From positions 77,103-141,102 of the forward strand of contig CAZNAW010000006.1 in the NCBI GenBank assembly GCA_964571165.1: a stretch of 64,000 nucleotides of DNA, in the 5' to 3' direction. Shown here in pieces: positions 21,341 to 31,408 of the stretch. The stretch comes from an uncultured Terracidiphilus sp. Lineage in GTDB: Bacteria; Acidobacteriota; Terriglobia; Terriglobales; Acidobacteriaceae. The notes beneath the pieces were generated by a model that searched no databases, was not told the origin of the DNA, and saw only the letters and a program-made list of their open reading frames with translations. The position numbers and the translations under genes were made by a program. How positions within the stretch are numbered: the stretch's first letter is position 1; each line of letters begins with the position of its first letter.

Positions 21341-22666
21341 ATGCTCGACCTGGGATTTGTCCGGGGCAACCTGGAACTTGTAGAAGAAAAACTCCGCGCC
21401 CGCGGCGCCGACCCCGACGCGCTTCTCGGCGATTTCCGCGCTCTTGACCAAGCCCGCCGGGAAGCCATCACCCTCGCGGAGCAGGAGAAAGCCCGCCGCA
21501 ATGAGCTGAGCCAGAAGGTGGGTATGCTCAAGAAATCCGGCCAGGACGCCACAGCCGTGATGGATGAGACCCGCGCCCTGAAGGAAAAGCTGGACGAGCT
21601 CGACAAAACCGCCGCCTCGCTCGACGAGCAATTGCGCCTGTCCCTCGCCCGCATCCCCAATCTCACCCGCGACGAAGTTCCCACCGGAAGATCCGAGGCC
21701 GACAACCCTACCGTCAAGACCTGGGGCACGAAGCCGGCCTTCGACTTTGAACCGAAGCCTCATTGGGAGCTGGGCGAAGCCCTGGGCATCCTCGATCTGG
21801 AACGCGCGGCAAAGCTCTCCGGCGCTCGATTCGCCGTCTACATGGGCGCAGGCGCACGTCTGGAGCGCGCCCTCATCAGCTTCATGCTCGACCTGCACAC
21901 ACAGAAGCACGGCTACACCGAAGTCCTGCCGCCCTTCATGGTCAATAGCAAGTCTCTCTTCGGCACCGGCCAGCTCCCCAAGTTTGCTGAAGACCTCTTC
22001 CGCTGTTCCGATACGGACCCTGAAGCCGTAGCTCGCGGCGAGTTCAAAGACAACGATCACTGGCTCATCCCCACCGCCGAGGTTCCCGTCACCAACCTTT
22101 ACCGCGACGAAATTCTCGACGACGCACGTCTCCCCATTCGCCTCACCGCCTACACCCCCTGCTTCCGCGCCGAAGCAGGCGCCGCGGGCAAAGATACCCG
22201 CGGCATCATTCGCCAGCACCAGTTCCAGAAGGTCGAACTGGTCAAATTCACCAGGCCCGAAGACTCGGAAGCCGAACACGAGCGCCTTACCCGCGACGCC
22301 GAAGAAATTCTGGAAACCCTCGGCCTGCCTTATCGCCGGGTCTTGCTCTGCACGGGCGACACGGGCTTCTCGTCCGCCAAAACCTACGACCTCGAAGTCT
22401 GGCTCCCCGGCCAGGGGCTCTATCGCGAAATCTCCTCCTGCTCCAACTTCGAAGCCTTTCAGGCCCGCAGGGCCAACATCCGCTACCGGGCCTCTTCCAA
22501 GACCAAACCCGAGTTTATCCACACCATCAACGGCAGCGGCCTCGCCGTCGGCCGCACCTGGCTCGCCATCCTTGAAAACTACCAGCAGCCCGACGGCTCC
22601 GTGCTCATTCCGCAGGCCCTCCGCCCATACATGGGCGGCCGGGACAGAATTGTGAAGGAAGTTTAA
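21341..22666 (+). CDS. serS: Serine-tRNA ligase
   Basis: N-terminal coiled coil, [26 protein letters not shown]. Confidence 0.98.
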   Translation: MLDLGFVRGNLELVEEKLRARGADPDALLGDFRALDQARREAITLAEQEKARRNELSQKVGMLKKSGQDATAVMDETRALKEKLDELDKTAASLDEQLRLSLARIPNLTRDEVPTGRSEADNPTVKTWGTKPAFDFEPKPHWELGEALGILDLERAAKLSGARFAVYMGAGARLERALISFMLDLHTQKHGYTEVLPPFMVNSKSLFGTGQLPKFAEDLFRCSDTDPEAVARGEFKDNDHWLIPTAEVPVTNLYRDEILDDARLPIRLTAYTPCFRAEAGAAGKDTRGIIRQHQFQKVELVKFTRPEDSEAEHERLTRDAEEILETLGLPYRRVLLCTGDTGFSSAKTYDLEVWLPGQGLYREISSCSNFEAFQARRANIRYRASSKTKPEFIHTINGSGLAVGRTWLAILENYQQPDGSVLIPQALRPYMGGRDRIVKEV

Positions 22667-23085
22667 TGGAACCCTTGAGTCCTACCGCACCCGCTCTGCA
22701 ACCCCGCCGCACCACCAAGCAGATCCTGCTGAGCTATTTCTACTGGACCTATCCCCGCGGCAGCTTCCACTACGACATCATGGTGACGATGATTCTCCTG
22801 TTCATCTTCGTCACGCCGCATTTCTGGAACTTCAGCGACAAGCCCTCCTCCATCGCCGGTCCTCTTCATCCCATCCAGGTCATCGGCAACGATGGCCACG
22901 GCCTGATCGTCACCGTCCAGGCCGCCGATGCCAATGTCCCCGCCGGCGCATCGGACAAAGTCGTCAAGCAGGCCCTTCGCAAGGCTATCGAACCGGTCAC
23001 TGGCGACGCTGTCTTTGTTGAACATTGGGAAACAGTTACCGACGCCCAGGGTAATTCTGCCTGGAAGGTCTGGGCCCACCGCTAA
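22666..23085 (+). CDS. Hypothetical membrane protein
   Basis: TAATG overlap with serS; one TM segment after WTYPRGSFHYD. Confidence 0.75.
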   Translation: MEPLSPTAPALQPRRTTKQILLSYFYWTYPRGSFHYDIMVTMILLFIFVTPHFWNFSDKPSSIAGPLHPIQVIGNDGHGLIVTVQAADANVPAGASDKVVKQALRKAIEPVTGDAVFVEHWETVTDAQGNSAWKVWAHR

Positions 23086-23144
23086 CTCCACTTTTCTTTG
23101 TTTCTTCCGGCGCGCATGGCGCGTCAAATAGGTTGAGGAGATTC

Positions 23145-23861
23145 ATGCGTTTCGGAACGAAAATCGTCTTCGCCGCGTCCATCGCGCTGTTCCTGCTGCC
23201 CGGCCGCGCCGCCTTTGCCGCCCCCGCCGCAGCCCCCGCATCCTCCGATGAAAAGGCAAAGGTGCTCGAGCGCCTCAACGCCGCAGCCCTCAACTTCCAT
23301 TCCACCTCGGCCGACTTCGTCTTCGACACCGAACAGGTTGACCCGGTTCCTGATACGGATATCCAGAAGGGGACGGTCTACTACCAGCGCGACGGCAAGA
23401 CCTTCAAGATGGCGGCGCACATCAACGAGGTCAACAAGAAGCCCGTCAGCAAGGTTTACACCTACTCCAACGGCCTGCTCACCTTTTATGACAAACCCAT
23501 CGACCAGGTAACACGATTCAACAAGGCCAGCCAGTTCGAGAGCTACATCATGTTGGGCTTCGGGGCCAGCGGCAAAGAATTAGCTGAAAAGTGGAACATT
23601 CAATACATGGGCTCCGAGCTAATCGACGGTGTCAAAACCGAAAAGCTGGAACTGGTGGCCAAAGATCCTGAAGTGAGGAAAAATATCACCAAGGTCACCA
23701 TCTGGATCGACCTCGAACACGCGGTCAGCCTCAAGCAGCGCTTCGATCAGCCGAACGCCTACCGCGTCTGCACCTACTCCCACTTCAAAACCAATCAGAC
23801 TTTGCCGGGCGAGGCCTTCACCTTCAAGACCGACAGCAAAACCCAATTTGTTAACCGGTAA
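23145..23861 (+). CDS. LolA-like / lipoprotein-sorting protein
   Basis: Signal peptide; SADF...KGTVYY; beta-rich LolA-type pattern. Confidence 0.7.
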   Translation: MRFGTKIVFAASIALFLLPGRAAFAAPAAAPASSDEKAKVLERLNAAALNFHSTSADFVFDTEQVDPVPDTDIQKGTVYYQRDGKTFKMAAHINEVNKKPVSKVYTYSNGLLTFYDKPIDQVTRFNKASQFESYIMLGFGASGKELAEKWNIQYMGSELIDGVKTEKLELVAKDPEVRKNITKVTIWIDLEHAVSLKQRFDQPNAYRVCTYSHFKTNQTLPGEAFTFKTDSKTQFVNR

Positions 23862-25225
23862 GCCCCAACTCCCCCCAGCGCAAACAGCATGGGAAAACAC
23901 TCCAGCGTGTAGCGCGCTTCCGGCGCCTCCACGGTCATCAACAGACCGCTGCGCAGCACCATATACGCCAGCATCCACGGCCAGAACCGCGGCGCGAAAC
24001 ACAACCCGGCCAGCGCCAGCAGCAGATACGCAGCATTCAACCCCGCGTAAGCCCAGCTAAACTCCGTCTCCGCGTTGTGATGCGCATAAACCCACCAGTC
24101 CAGGTCGATGGGCAGGTTTTCCACCCGTGGCCGCAGCCACATGTCGGCCACCCTGCCCAGCGGCAGCCACAAGTAAAACCGCAGCGGATGTGCAGCAACC
24201 CGCTCCTGGGCCAGCCGCGCGAACCGCGCATCCATATCCGGCGTAAAGTCCTGCCCATTGTCGTCATACGCGCGAGCCAGCGCGGCCGTCTCCGCATACT
24301 GCGCAGGCGAGTCGAACGCCCGGGCGGGCAGCTTGCTTAAATCGAACGGGCCGCCCGGCACATTCCAGTAAATGTCGTAGGTCGAAACGAAATCCAGGCA
24401 CCAGGTCTTCACCCAGCGCTGCCAGCCAGGATGGATCTCCTCGCCGGGATCGGTGGCATATCGAGGCGCAAGCGGCTCGAAGACGTGAAACACCCGCCAA
24501 TTTCGCCACGTCCACGCCGCAAAGGGAACCAGCGCCAGCAAGACGCAAACCACCGCCATCCTCTTGAGCTTGCCACGCGAAGCCGACCCGCACTGTAGCC
24601 CAACCACCAGCGCCGGGGCCAGCGCCACGCCCACCAGCGCCCCATCCGGCCGGAGCAGCGCCGCAAAACAAACCGCAAACGTGAATGCGAGCGCGCTTCC
24701 CCACCCAGGCCGCGCATGGAACCACCCCACTGCCCAAAGCGCCAGCGCAATCGCGAACAGCGTCGCCGCCTCTGTGAGCGGAGCCGCCGCATACGACGCC
24801 GTAAAGGGACACAACGCCGCCAGCCAAAGAGTGCACAGCGCTGCTCCGTCTGAAGCGATGCGCCTCACAAACCCCGCCAGCAACAGGCACCCGGCCAGCT
24901 CCAGCGCGATCTGCATGTAGGCCACCGCGTCGTAGTTCTGCATGCCAAACAGTCGGAAACACACGGCCAGAAACAGCGGATACCCAGGCAGCCGGATCAG
25001 CGTCTCGTGCAGTACGCCGCTGCCGTCGGTAATGGCATACTGCCCATGCAGCAGCAGGTTCCTGGCAAGTCCCCCATAGAGCAGCGTGTCGCCTGAAACC
25101 TGCGGAAACTCCTTCAGCATCCACACGCGCAGCCACGCACCGCTGGCAATCGCCAGCGCCACGCCTATAGGCCTGCTGAATCTTCGGCCGAACGTCGCCA
25201 ATTGACTCTCTGAGTCGGCTTCCAT
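23795..25225 (-). CDS. GT39/PMT-like membrane glycosyltransferase
   Basis: GD..Y, RLPGYPLF, LTE, LLRPD, EARY motifs; polytopic; start uncertain. Confidence 0.8.
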   Translation of the reverse strand: MEADSESQLATFGRRFSRPIGVALAIASGAWLRVWMLKEFPQVSGDTLLYGGLARNLLLHGQYAITDGSGVLHETLIRLPGYPLFLAVCFRLFGMQNYDAVAYMQIALELAGCLLLAGFVRRIASDGAALCTLWLAALCPFTASYAAAPLTEAATLFAIALALWAVGWFHARPGWGSALAFTFAVCFAALLRPDGALVGVALAPALVVGLQCGSASRGKLKRMAVVCVLLALVPFAAWTWRNWRVFHVFEPLAPRYATDPGEEIHPGWQRWVKTWCLDFVSTYDIYWNVPGGPFDLSKLPARAFDSPAQYAETAALARAYDDNGQDFTPDMDARFARLAQERVAAHPLRFYLWLPLGRVADMWLRPRVENLPIDLDWWVYAHHNAETEFSWAYAGLNAAYLLLALAGLCFAPRFWPWMLAYMVLRSGLLMTVEAPEARYTLECFPMLFALGGVGAYRLTNWVLLSVLKVKASPGKV

Positions 25226-25290
25226 ACGATTCGTAATGTATAGCGTAGACCGTTTCGACGGTTTCCGCGCATAGGTAAACCAAGCCGTCC

Positions 25291-28200
25291 ATGCCAGATA
25301 AGCAGATTTTTTTCGACCCGCAACGCAAGCGATGGAAGCGGTTGCGACGCATCCTCGACGCGACGGCCGTCGTTTCCACCCTTGTTCTGGCTGGTTTCAT
25401 CTTCAACGTGCTGCGCAATCAGCACCTGCCCGAGTTGTTGCTGCCCACCCCCCGCCACAACTTCAGAGCCCTGCCCGATCGAACCCCGTTACTACACGGC
25501 GCCAAAGCGCGACCTGCCCGCCGCAAATCCGGCCGCAAACCCTCTGAAATTCCCTTCAACACCGGCGAAGGTCTGCGCGCCGCCTACTACGTGCAGGACG
25601 ATGCCAGCTACTCCTCCTTCAAGGAGCACGTGCACCAGATCGACCTGCTGTTCCCGCAGTGGCTCCACGTCAACGCCCCCTCGGGAACGCTCATGGAGAT
25701 GAGCGGCGACAACCTGCGCGAGCTTCCTGTCGTTGATGGCGCCACGGTCCACGACCCCGACGACATGAACAAGGTGAAGCGCGTCATCCAGGGAAGCAGG
25801 GAAGACACCGAGATCTTTCCCCACCTGAACAACTTCAATCCACACACACAGAGCTGGGATGCCGCCATGGGCGGCGTACTCGCCGACCCCGACAAGCGCG
25901 CCGCGCTGCGCCAGCAAATTCTTCGCTTTTTCACGGCATTTCCCGTCTACCGCGGCCTCTCGCTGGATATCGAAAGCTTGCCTGACGGCGCTGCTCCAGC
26001 CTACCTGAGCTTCATCCAGGAGCTCTACGCGGACATGCATCCGCGCAACCTCCGCCTCTACGTCAACACCGCGGTCTCAACCCCCGACGCCGATCTGAAA
26101 CTGATTGCCGCCAACTCCGACGGCATCATCCTTATGAACTACGACGAACACCAGACCACCAGCGATCCGGGCCCCGTCGCCAGCCAGGAGTGGTTCGTCG
26201 GCAACCTGCAGCGCGTACTCAAGATTATGCCCAAGGAGAAACTGATCTGCGCTTTGGGCAGCTACGGCTACGACTGGACCCTTTCCATCCCCGGCCCTCC
26301 GAAGAAAGGGAGAGCACGCAAGGTTTCCAAGCCCCAGGTCCTCAATACGGAAGACCTCACCGTCTCCGATGCATGGCAGCGAGCCTCCGACGCCGACGCC
26401 GATCTCGACCTCGATTACGACACCCTTAATCCCCACTTCGAGTACATCGATGAAGACTTGAACGAGCGCCATGTCGTCTGGTTCCTCGATGGAGTCACCC
26501 TCCTGAACGAGCTGCGCGCCGCCCGCCAGCTTGGTCTGCAGACCTTCGCACTCTGGCGTCTGGGCATGGAAGACAGCTCTCTGTGGAATGTATGGGACAA
26601 GCCAAGCAGCCCTGACTCGGTGCAGGCCCTGGCCTCCGTGCAGCCCGGCCACGACGTCGACAATGAGGGCGACGGCGACATTCTCCGCGTGACCGGCCTA
26701 CCCCAGCCTGGCAGGCGCACTGTCACCGTTGACAGCGACGAGCCCGATCCGCGCAAGAAGCTCATCATCGATGAGCACATGGATATCTATCCCCGCACTT
26801 ACGTCATCGAGCAGTACGGCTACCACACCAATGAGGTGGCTCTTTCTTTCGATGACGGACCGGACCCCAAGTGGACGCCGAAAATCCTTGATATCCTCCG
26901 CGACAAAGGCGTGAAAGCCACTTTCATGCTGATCGGCGCCGAAGCCGCCGAGAATGTCGGCCTCATGAAGCGGGTGGTGCGCGAAGGCCACGAAATCGGC
27001 AACCACACCTACACCCATCCCGACATCAGCGAAATCTCCCCGCGCCAACTCGACATCGAGGTCAAGCTCACTGAGCGCCTGTTCGCCAGTAAACTCGGCA
27101 TTCAGCCGCTCTACTTCCGCCCGCCTTACGACATCGACGAAGAACCCGACACCGACGACCAGGCCGCTCCCGTCGTCCAGATCCAGAAGGATGGCTACAC
27201 CATCATCGGCAACAAGATCGACACCGACGACTGGAACGAGCATCCCCGCAAATCCCCTGCTGAAATCACCCAATCGGTCCTCGGCCAGTTGGAGAACATG
27301 AAAGCCAAGCCGCAGTTCCGCGGCTCCATCATCCTCATGCACGACGGCGGCGGCGACCGCGCGGCCACAGTCGCCGCGCTGCCAGTCCTCATTGATGCCC
27401 TCCGCGCCCACGGCTATAACATCGTCCCGGTCTCCACGCTCATGGGCAAGACCACCGCCCAAGTGATGCCCAAGCTCACGTTCTTCCAGTACGTGCGCGC
27501 GCTGCCCGACTCCATCGCCTTCTCAAGCGCGGCTTTCATCGTCAAGTTCATCGTGATGGTCTTCTTCCTGGGCAACATCCTGATGGGCGCGCGCCTGATC
27601 ATCATCGGCCTTCTTGCCATCATCGACCGTCTGCGCAAGCCCCATCGCCCGGCCTCGCCCGGCTACAACCCACGCGTCGCCGTCCTCATCCCCGCCTACA
27701 ACGAAGAGACCGTGATCGTCCGCACCATCCGCTCGGTTCTCAATTCGGACTACAAAAACCTCCACGTCATCGTCATCGACGACGGCTCCCTCGACCGCAC
27801 CTTCGACGTAGCCCGCGAAGCTTACGCCCAGGAGATCGCCGCAGGACGCGTCCAGGTCCTCACCAAGCCCAACGGCGGCAAGGCCGCCGCACTCAACTAC
27901 GCCCTCGAACGCATGGACGAGCAGATCTACGTTGGCATCGACGCCGACACCGTCATCGCCGCAGACGCCATCTCCAAGCTGATCCCCCACTTCGAGGACC
28001 CCCGCATCGGCGCCATGGCGGGCAACGCCAAGGTCGGCAACCGCGTCAACTTATGGACCCGGTGGCAGGCCCTCGAATACATCACCAGCCAGAACTTCGA
28101 GCGCCGCGCCCTCGACCTATTCCACGTCGTCACCGTCGTTCCCGGAGCCATCGGCGCGTGGCGCACCGCGCCCGTGAAAGCCGCCGGGGGCTATCCCCTC

Positions 28201-28824
28201 AATACCGTCGCGGAAGATGCCGACCTCACCATGAACCTGCTCGAACAGGGCCTGAAAGTTGACTACGAGGACCGCTCGCTGGCCTTCACAGAAGCCCCCA
28301 TCGACATGCTGGGCCTCATGCGCCAGCGCTTCCGCTGGTCCTTCGGCACGCTGCAAGCTGTGTGGAAACATCGCGCCGCCTTCATCCGCAACAAGGCCAT
28401 GGGTCTCTTCGCCCTGCCGAACATCCTCATCTTCCAGATGTTTCTGCCCCTGGTGTCGCCCTTCATTGACCTTCTGTTCGCGGCTGGCGTGGTCAACTAC
28501 TTCATCGATCGCCACTACCACCCCGAGGCGGCCTCCGCAGCCAGCTTTGAGAAGCTACTGGCCTACTTTCTAGCCTTCCTGCTCATCGACTTCGTGACCT
28601 CGTCGGTAGCTTTCTCACTCGAGCGCCGCCATCCCGCCAACAAGGGAGACCGTTGGCTTCTCTTCCACATCTGGCTGCAGCGCTTCGCCTACCGCCAGGT
28701 CTTCTCCATCGTCCTCTTCAAGACCCTCAAGCGCGCCATCGACGGCAAGCCCTTCAACTGGGACAAAATCAAGCGCACCGCCAAAATGTCAAAAGCCACT
28801 GAAGCCCTCACCGAAACGCCCTAG
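25291..28824 (+). CDS. GH18-like + CE4 polysaccharide deacetylase + GT2 synthase fusion
   Basis: GLSLDIE and MNYD (GH18-like); SFDDGP, HTYTH, RPPY, LMHD (NodB); DDGS, DAD, AED, QRFRW (processive GT2). Confidence 0.92.
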   Translation: MPDKQIFFDPQRKRWKRLRRILDATAVVSTLVLAGFIFNVLRNQHLPELLLPTPRHNFRALPDRTPLLHGAKARPARRKSGRKPSEIPFNTGEGLRAAYYVQDDASYSSFKEHVHQIDLLFPQWLHVNAPSGTLMEMSGDNLRELPVVDGATVHDPDDMNKVKRVIQGSREDTEIFPHLNNFNPHTQSWDAAMGGVLADPDKRAALRQQILRFFTAFPVYRGLSLDIESLPDGAAPAYLSFIQELYADMHPRNLRLYVNTAVSTPDADLKLIAANSDGIILMNYDEHQTTSDPGPVASQEWFVGNLQRVLKIMPKEKLICALGSYGYDWTLSIPGPPKKGRARKVSKPQVLNTEDLTVSDAWQRASDADADLDLDYDTLNPHFEYIDEDLNERHVVWFLDGVTLLNELRAARQLGLQTFALWRLGMEDSSLWNVWDKPSSPDSVQALASVQPGHDVDNEGDGDILRVTGLPQPGRRTVTVDSDEPDPRKKLIIDEHMDIYPRTYVIEQYGYHTNEVALSFDDGPDPKWTPKILDILRDKGVKATFMLIGAEAAENVGLMKRVVREGHEIGNHTYTHPDISEISPRQLDIEVKLTERLFASKLGIQPLYFRPPYDIDEEPDTDDQAAPVVQIQKDGYTIIGNKIDTDDWNEHPRKSPAEITQSVLGQLENMKAKPQFRGSIILMHDGGGDRAATVAALPVLIDALRAHGYNIVPVSTLMGKTTAQVMPKLTFFQYVRALPDSIAFSSAAFIVKFIVMVFFLGNILMGARLIIIGLLAIIDRLRKPHRPASPGYNPRVAVLIPAYNEETVIVRTIRSVLNSDYKNLHVIVIDDGSLDRTFDVAREAYAQEIAAGRVQVLTKPNGGKAAALNYALERMDEQIYVGIDADTVIAADAISKLIPHFEDPRIGAMAGNAKVGNRVNLWTRWQALEYITSQNFERRALDLFHVVTVVPGAIGAWRTAPVKAAGGYPLNTVAEDADLTMNLLEQGLKVDYEDRSLAFTEAPIDMLGLMRQRFRWSFGTLQAVWKHRAAFIRNKAMGLFALPNILIFQMFLPLVSPFIDLLFAAGVVNYFIDRHYHPEAASAASFEKLLAYFLAFLLIDFVTSSVAFSLERRHPANKGDRWLLFHIWLQRFAYRQVFSIVLFKTLKRAIDGKPFNWDKIKRTAKMSKATEALTETP

Positions 28825-28866
28825 CTCGGATTGGCGGAACGCGACCGCTAGGCGATAATTCAGCAG

Positions 28867-29883
28867 ATGGCTCAAATGTTAAAAGTGGAGTTGCACCTGC
28901 ACCTGGACTGCTCGCTGAGCTATGAGGCCGTGTCCCGGCTTGCCCCTTCCATTTCGCGCCAGGAATTCGATGCCGAGTTCATCGCGCCGCCCCAGTGCAC
29001 GAGTCTTGCGGATTTTCTGACCCACGCCCCTCGCGGCTTCCAACTCATGCAGAGCGAAGAGGCGCTGCGCATCGTCACCGAAGACCTGTTTGAACAACTG
29101 CATCGGGATCGCGTCCTCTATGCCGAGATTCGCTTCGCCCCTTTGCTGCACATCGCGAAGGGACTCACGCCGGAAGCTGTGGTTGCGATCGTTGATCGCG
29201 CGACAGAGCAATGCATCCAGGCCACCGGCATTGAAGCGCGCCTGATCCTATGCACGCTGAGGCACTTCGACCGGGAGCAAAGCCTGCTGACAGCACAGCT
29301 TGTGGAACGCTTCAAGGGCAGCCGCGTGGTGGCGCTGGATATCGCCGGAGACGAAGCGGGGTTTTCCGTCGACGCTCATATTCCGGCTTATCACTATGCG
29401 GTTGACCATGGCCTTGATCGCACAGCTCATGCCGGAGAAGCGCGGGGAGCTGACAGCGTGTGGGAAACGCTGCGGGCCTTCCAGCCGTCGCGAATCGGCC
29501 ACGGAGTGCGCAGCATCGAGGACGCATCACTGGTGGATTACTTGCGGCGTGAACGCATCCATCTTGAGGTTTGTCCCAGCAGCAACGTGCAGACACGCAC
29601 CTGCCTGGCCTACAAGGACCACGCTGTCGATCGGTTGTTGCGGGCCGGTGTATCTCTTGGCATCAACACGGATGCGCGCACCATCACCAATGTGACGTTG
29701 GAGCAGGAGTATCTTCGGCTTCGAGAGCATTTCGGCTGGGGCGACGAAGAGTTGCTGGCTTGCAACCGCGAGGCACTGCGTGCGGCTTTCGTCGATGAGC
29801 CGGTGCGAGTACGGCTGCTCGCTCAACTCATAGCCGGGTGCCCCGAAGTTTCGCCTTTGAAACCTGGGCAACCAGCGACCTAA
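28867..29883 (+). CDS. add: Adenosine deaminase family protein
   Basis: ELHLHLD, HAGE, RIGHG, EVCPSSN, NTD. Confidence 0.88.
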   Translation: MAQMLKVELHLHLDCSLSYEAVSRLAPSISRQEFDAEFIAPPQCTSLADFLTHAPRGFQLMQSEEALRIVTEDLFEQLHRDRVLYAEIRFAPLLHIAKGLTPEAVVAIVDRATEQCIQATGIEARLILCTLRHFDREQSLLTAQLVERFKGSRVVALDIAGDEAGFSVDAHIPAYHYAVDHGLDRTAHAGEARGADSVWETLRAFQPSRIGHGVRSIEDASLVDYLRRERIHLEVCPSSNVQTRTCLAYKDHAVDRLLRAGVSLGINTDARTITNVTLEQEYLRLREHFGWGDEELLACNREALRAAFVDEPVRVRLLAQLIAGCPEVSPLKPGQPAT

Positions 29884-29933
29884 CCCGTCCTGACAGTAGA
29901 ATTGAAGAATCACCGGAGAGGACCGCGCAAAGG

Positions 29934-30839
29934 ATGCACGAATCTCGAGTCCTGTTCCTGGGACGAACCACCCTGGACGTTCTTTACCGGCTTGACCAAT
30001 TGCCGGAAGAGGACACCAAGGTGTATGCACGTGCGCTGCAGTCCGCGCCCGGCGGTCCGGCACTCAACGCCGCCATCACCCACTCCCTGCTCGGCGGCAA
30101 AGCCATGCTGGTCAGCGCCGTTGGCGGAGGCCCCTGGGCCGTGCCCGTCCGCGCGGAAATGGAACGCCAAGGGATCGACCTCCTCGACCTCGCCGACGGG
30201 ACGGCCTATGAGACGCCCTTGTGCACCGCACTGATCAACGCCGCCAACGGCAGCCGCACCGTTGTCAATCCGCCCATCTCGCAGGTCCAACTCAAGCACC
30301 TCTGCGGCACATGGGATGCGGAGGTGCCCGCCTCGTGGGGCGCAATGCCGCTTGTCGTCCTCAGCGATGGCTTTTTCTTTGAGGAAACCTCGCCGTTGCT
30401 GGCCGCCTGCAAGGCCGCGGGGGCCGCGCTCTGCCTCGACAGCGGCAGTTGGAAACCCGGAACCGCCGAACTGGCCGGCCTGCTCACCGTGGCCATTTGC
30501 AGCGAGCGGTTTGCCGTCCCCGGCCAACCCAGCCAACCAGCCGACATCCTGACTTGGTTTGCTGCCAAGGGCGTTCCCTATGTGGCTGTCACGCGGGGAG
30601 CAAGATCCATCCTCGCCTGCGATCGCGGGCGCCGTTTCGAGATCGAGGTAGGCAGCATCGCCGCAACCGACACGCTCGGTGCCGGAGACGTGCTCCATGG
30701 CGCCTTCTGCCACTATTTTGCCCGCAATCCGGAGTTTGAACCCGCGCTTCGCTGGGCCTCACAAATCGCAACGCTCTCCTGCCAAAGTCCAGGCGCGCAG
30801 GCATGGGCCACACAGCCCGGCAGGCCCATGGCCGATTAA
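29934..30839 (+). CDS. PfkB-family carbohydrate kinase
   Basis: PGGPALNAA and DTLGAGD signatures. Confidence 0.9.
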   Translation: MHESRVLFLGRTTLDVLYRLDQLPEEDTKVYARALQSAPGGPALNAAITHSLLGGKAMLVSAVGGGPWAVPVRAEMERQGIDLLDLADGTAYETPLCTALINAANGSRTVVNPPISQVQLKHLCGTWDAEVPASWGAMPLVVLSDGFFFEETSPLLAACKAAGAALCLDSGSWKPGTAELAGLLTVAICSERFAVPGQPSQPADILTWFAAKGVPYVAVTRGARSILACDRGRRFEIEVGSIAATDTLGAGDVLHGAFCHYFARNPEFEPALRWASQIATLSCQSPGAQAWATQPGRPMAD

Positions 30840-31027
30840 CAACGGAGTCAGACCTCTGTTCCCTGTGTTTGCCAAACCTTAACAATTCCCGCCCTATCCG
30901 CCCGATACGATAAGCAGGAGCCGTTCCCATGCGGGTTCCTAGCGACAGGTCTTCGTTGCCGAGGTGGTCAGGCGTGGCTGCGCAACATCCTCGCCCAAGG
31001 AAAGCAAGGCGCTCATTTCAAATGACT

Positions 31028-31300
31028 TTACTTCAGATAGGCGCGCACCAGGTCGATCAGGTCCTCTGCCAGTTCCGGGGCAATTTGCTCCTTCGCCCCA
31101 TCCACCAGGTGAAACCGGATATGCGTCTCCAGAACCTCGCCCATCAGCCCGTTCACCCCGCCCCGCACCGCCGCCAGCAGCATCAGTTGCCCCCCGCATT
31201 CCTCGTCCGCAGTCAGCGAGCGCTCTACAGCGTCCAACTGGCCGCGAAGCTTTCTCAATCTTTGCAACAACTTAGCCTTTTCCCGCTCCTGATGCAACAT
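31028..31300 (-). CDS. CsoR/RcnR-family metal-sensing repressor (RcnR/DmeR type)
   Basis: 90 aa from ATG 31300: RLRKLRGQL, H3, C35, H60, H64. Confidence 0.9.
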   Translation of the reverse strand: MLHQEREKAKLLQRLRKLRGQLDAVERSLTADEECGGQLMLLAAVRGGVNGLMGEVLETHIRFHLVDGAKEQIAPELAEDLIDLVRAYLK

Positions 31301-31322
31301 CGACTGCCTCCCGCACTTGACA

Positions 31323-31360
31323 ATACCCACCCCTGGTATGGTATCTACCCTGTGGGGGTA
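31323..31360. promoter_or_regulatory. Tandem CsoR/RcnR-type operators
   Basis: ATACCCACCCCTGGTAT (31323-31339) and TACCCTGTGGGGGTA (31346-31360); TTGACA at 31317-31322. Confidence 0.78.
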
Positions 31361-31408
31361 TAGTTGCGATTTCATTGTAACCCCAATTTCCCCAAGCAAG
31401 GCTCCCTG

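Noticed and set aside
23795..23861. Convergent 3-prime overlaps (here and 8149-8194)
   Set aside because: Short tail overlaps are common in GC-rich genomes; no sign of special function
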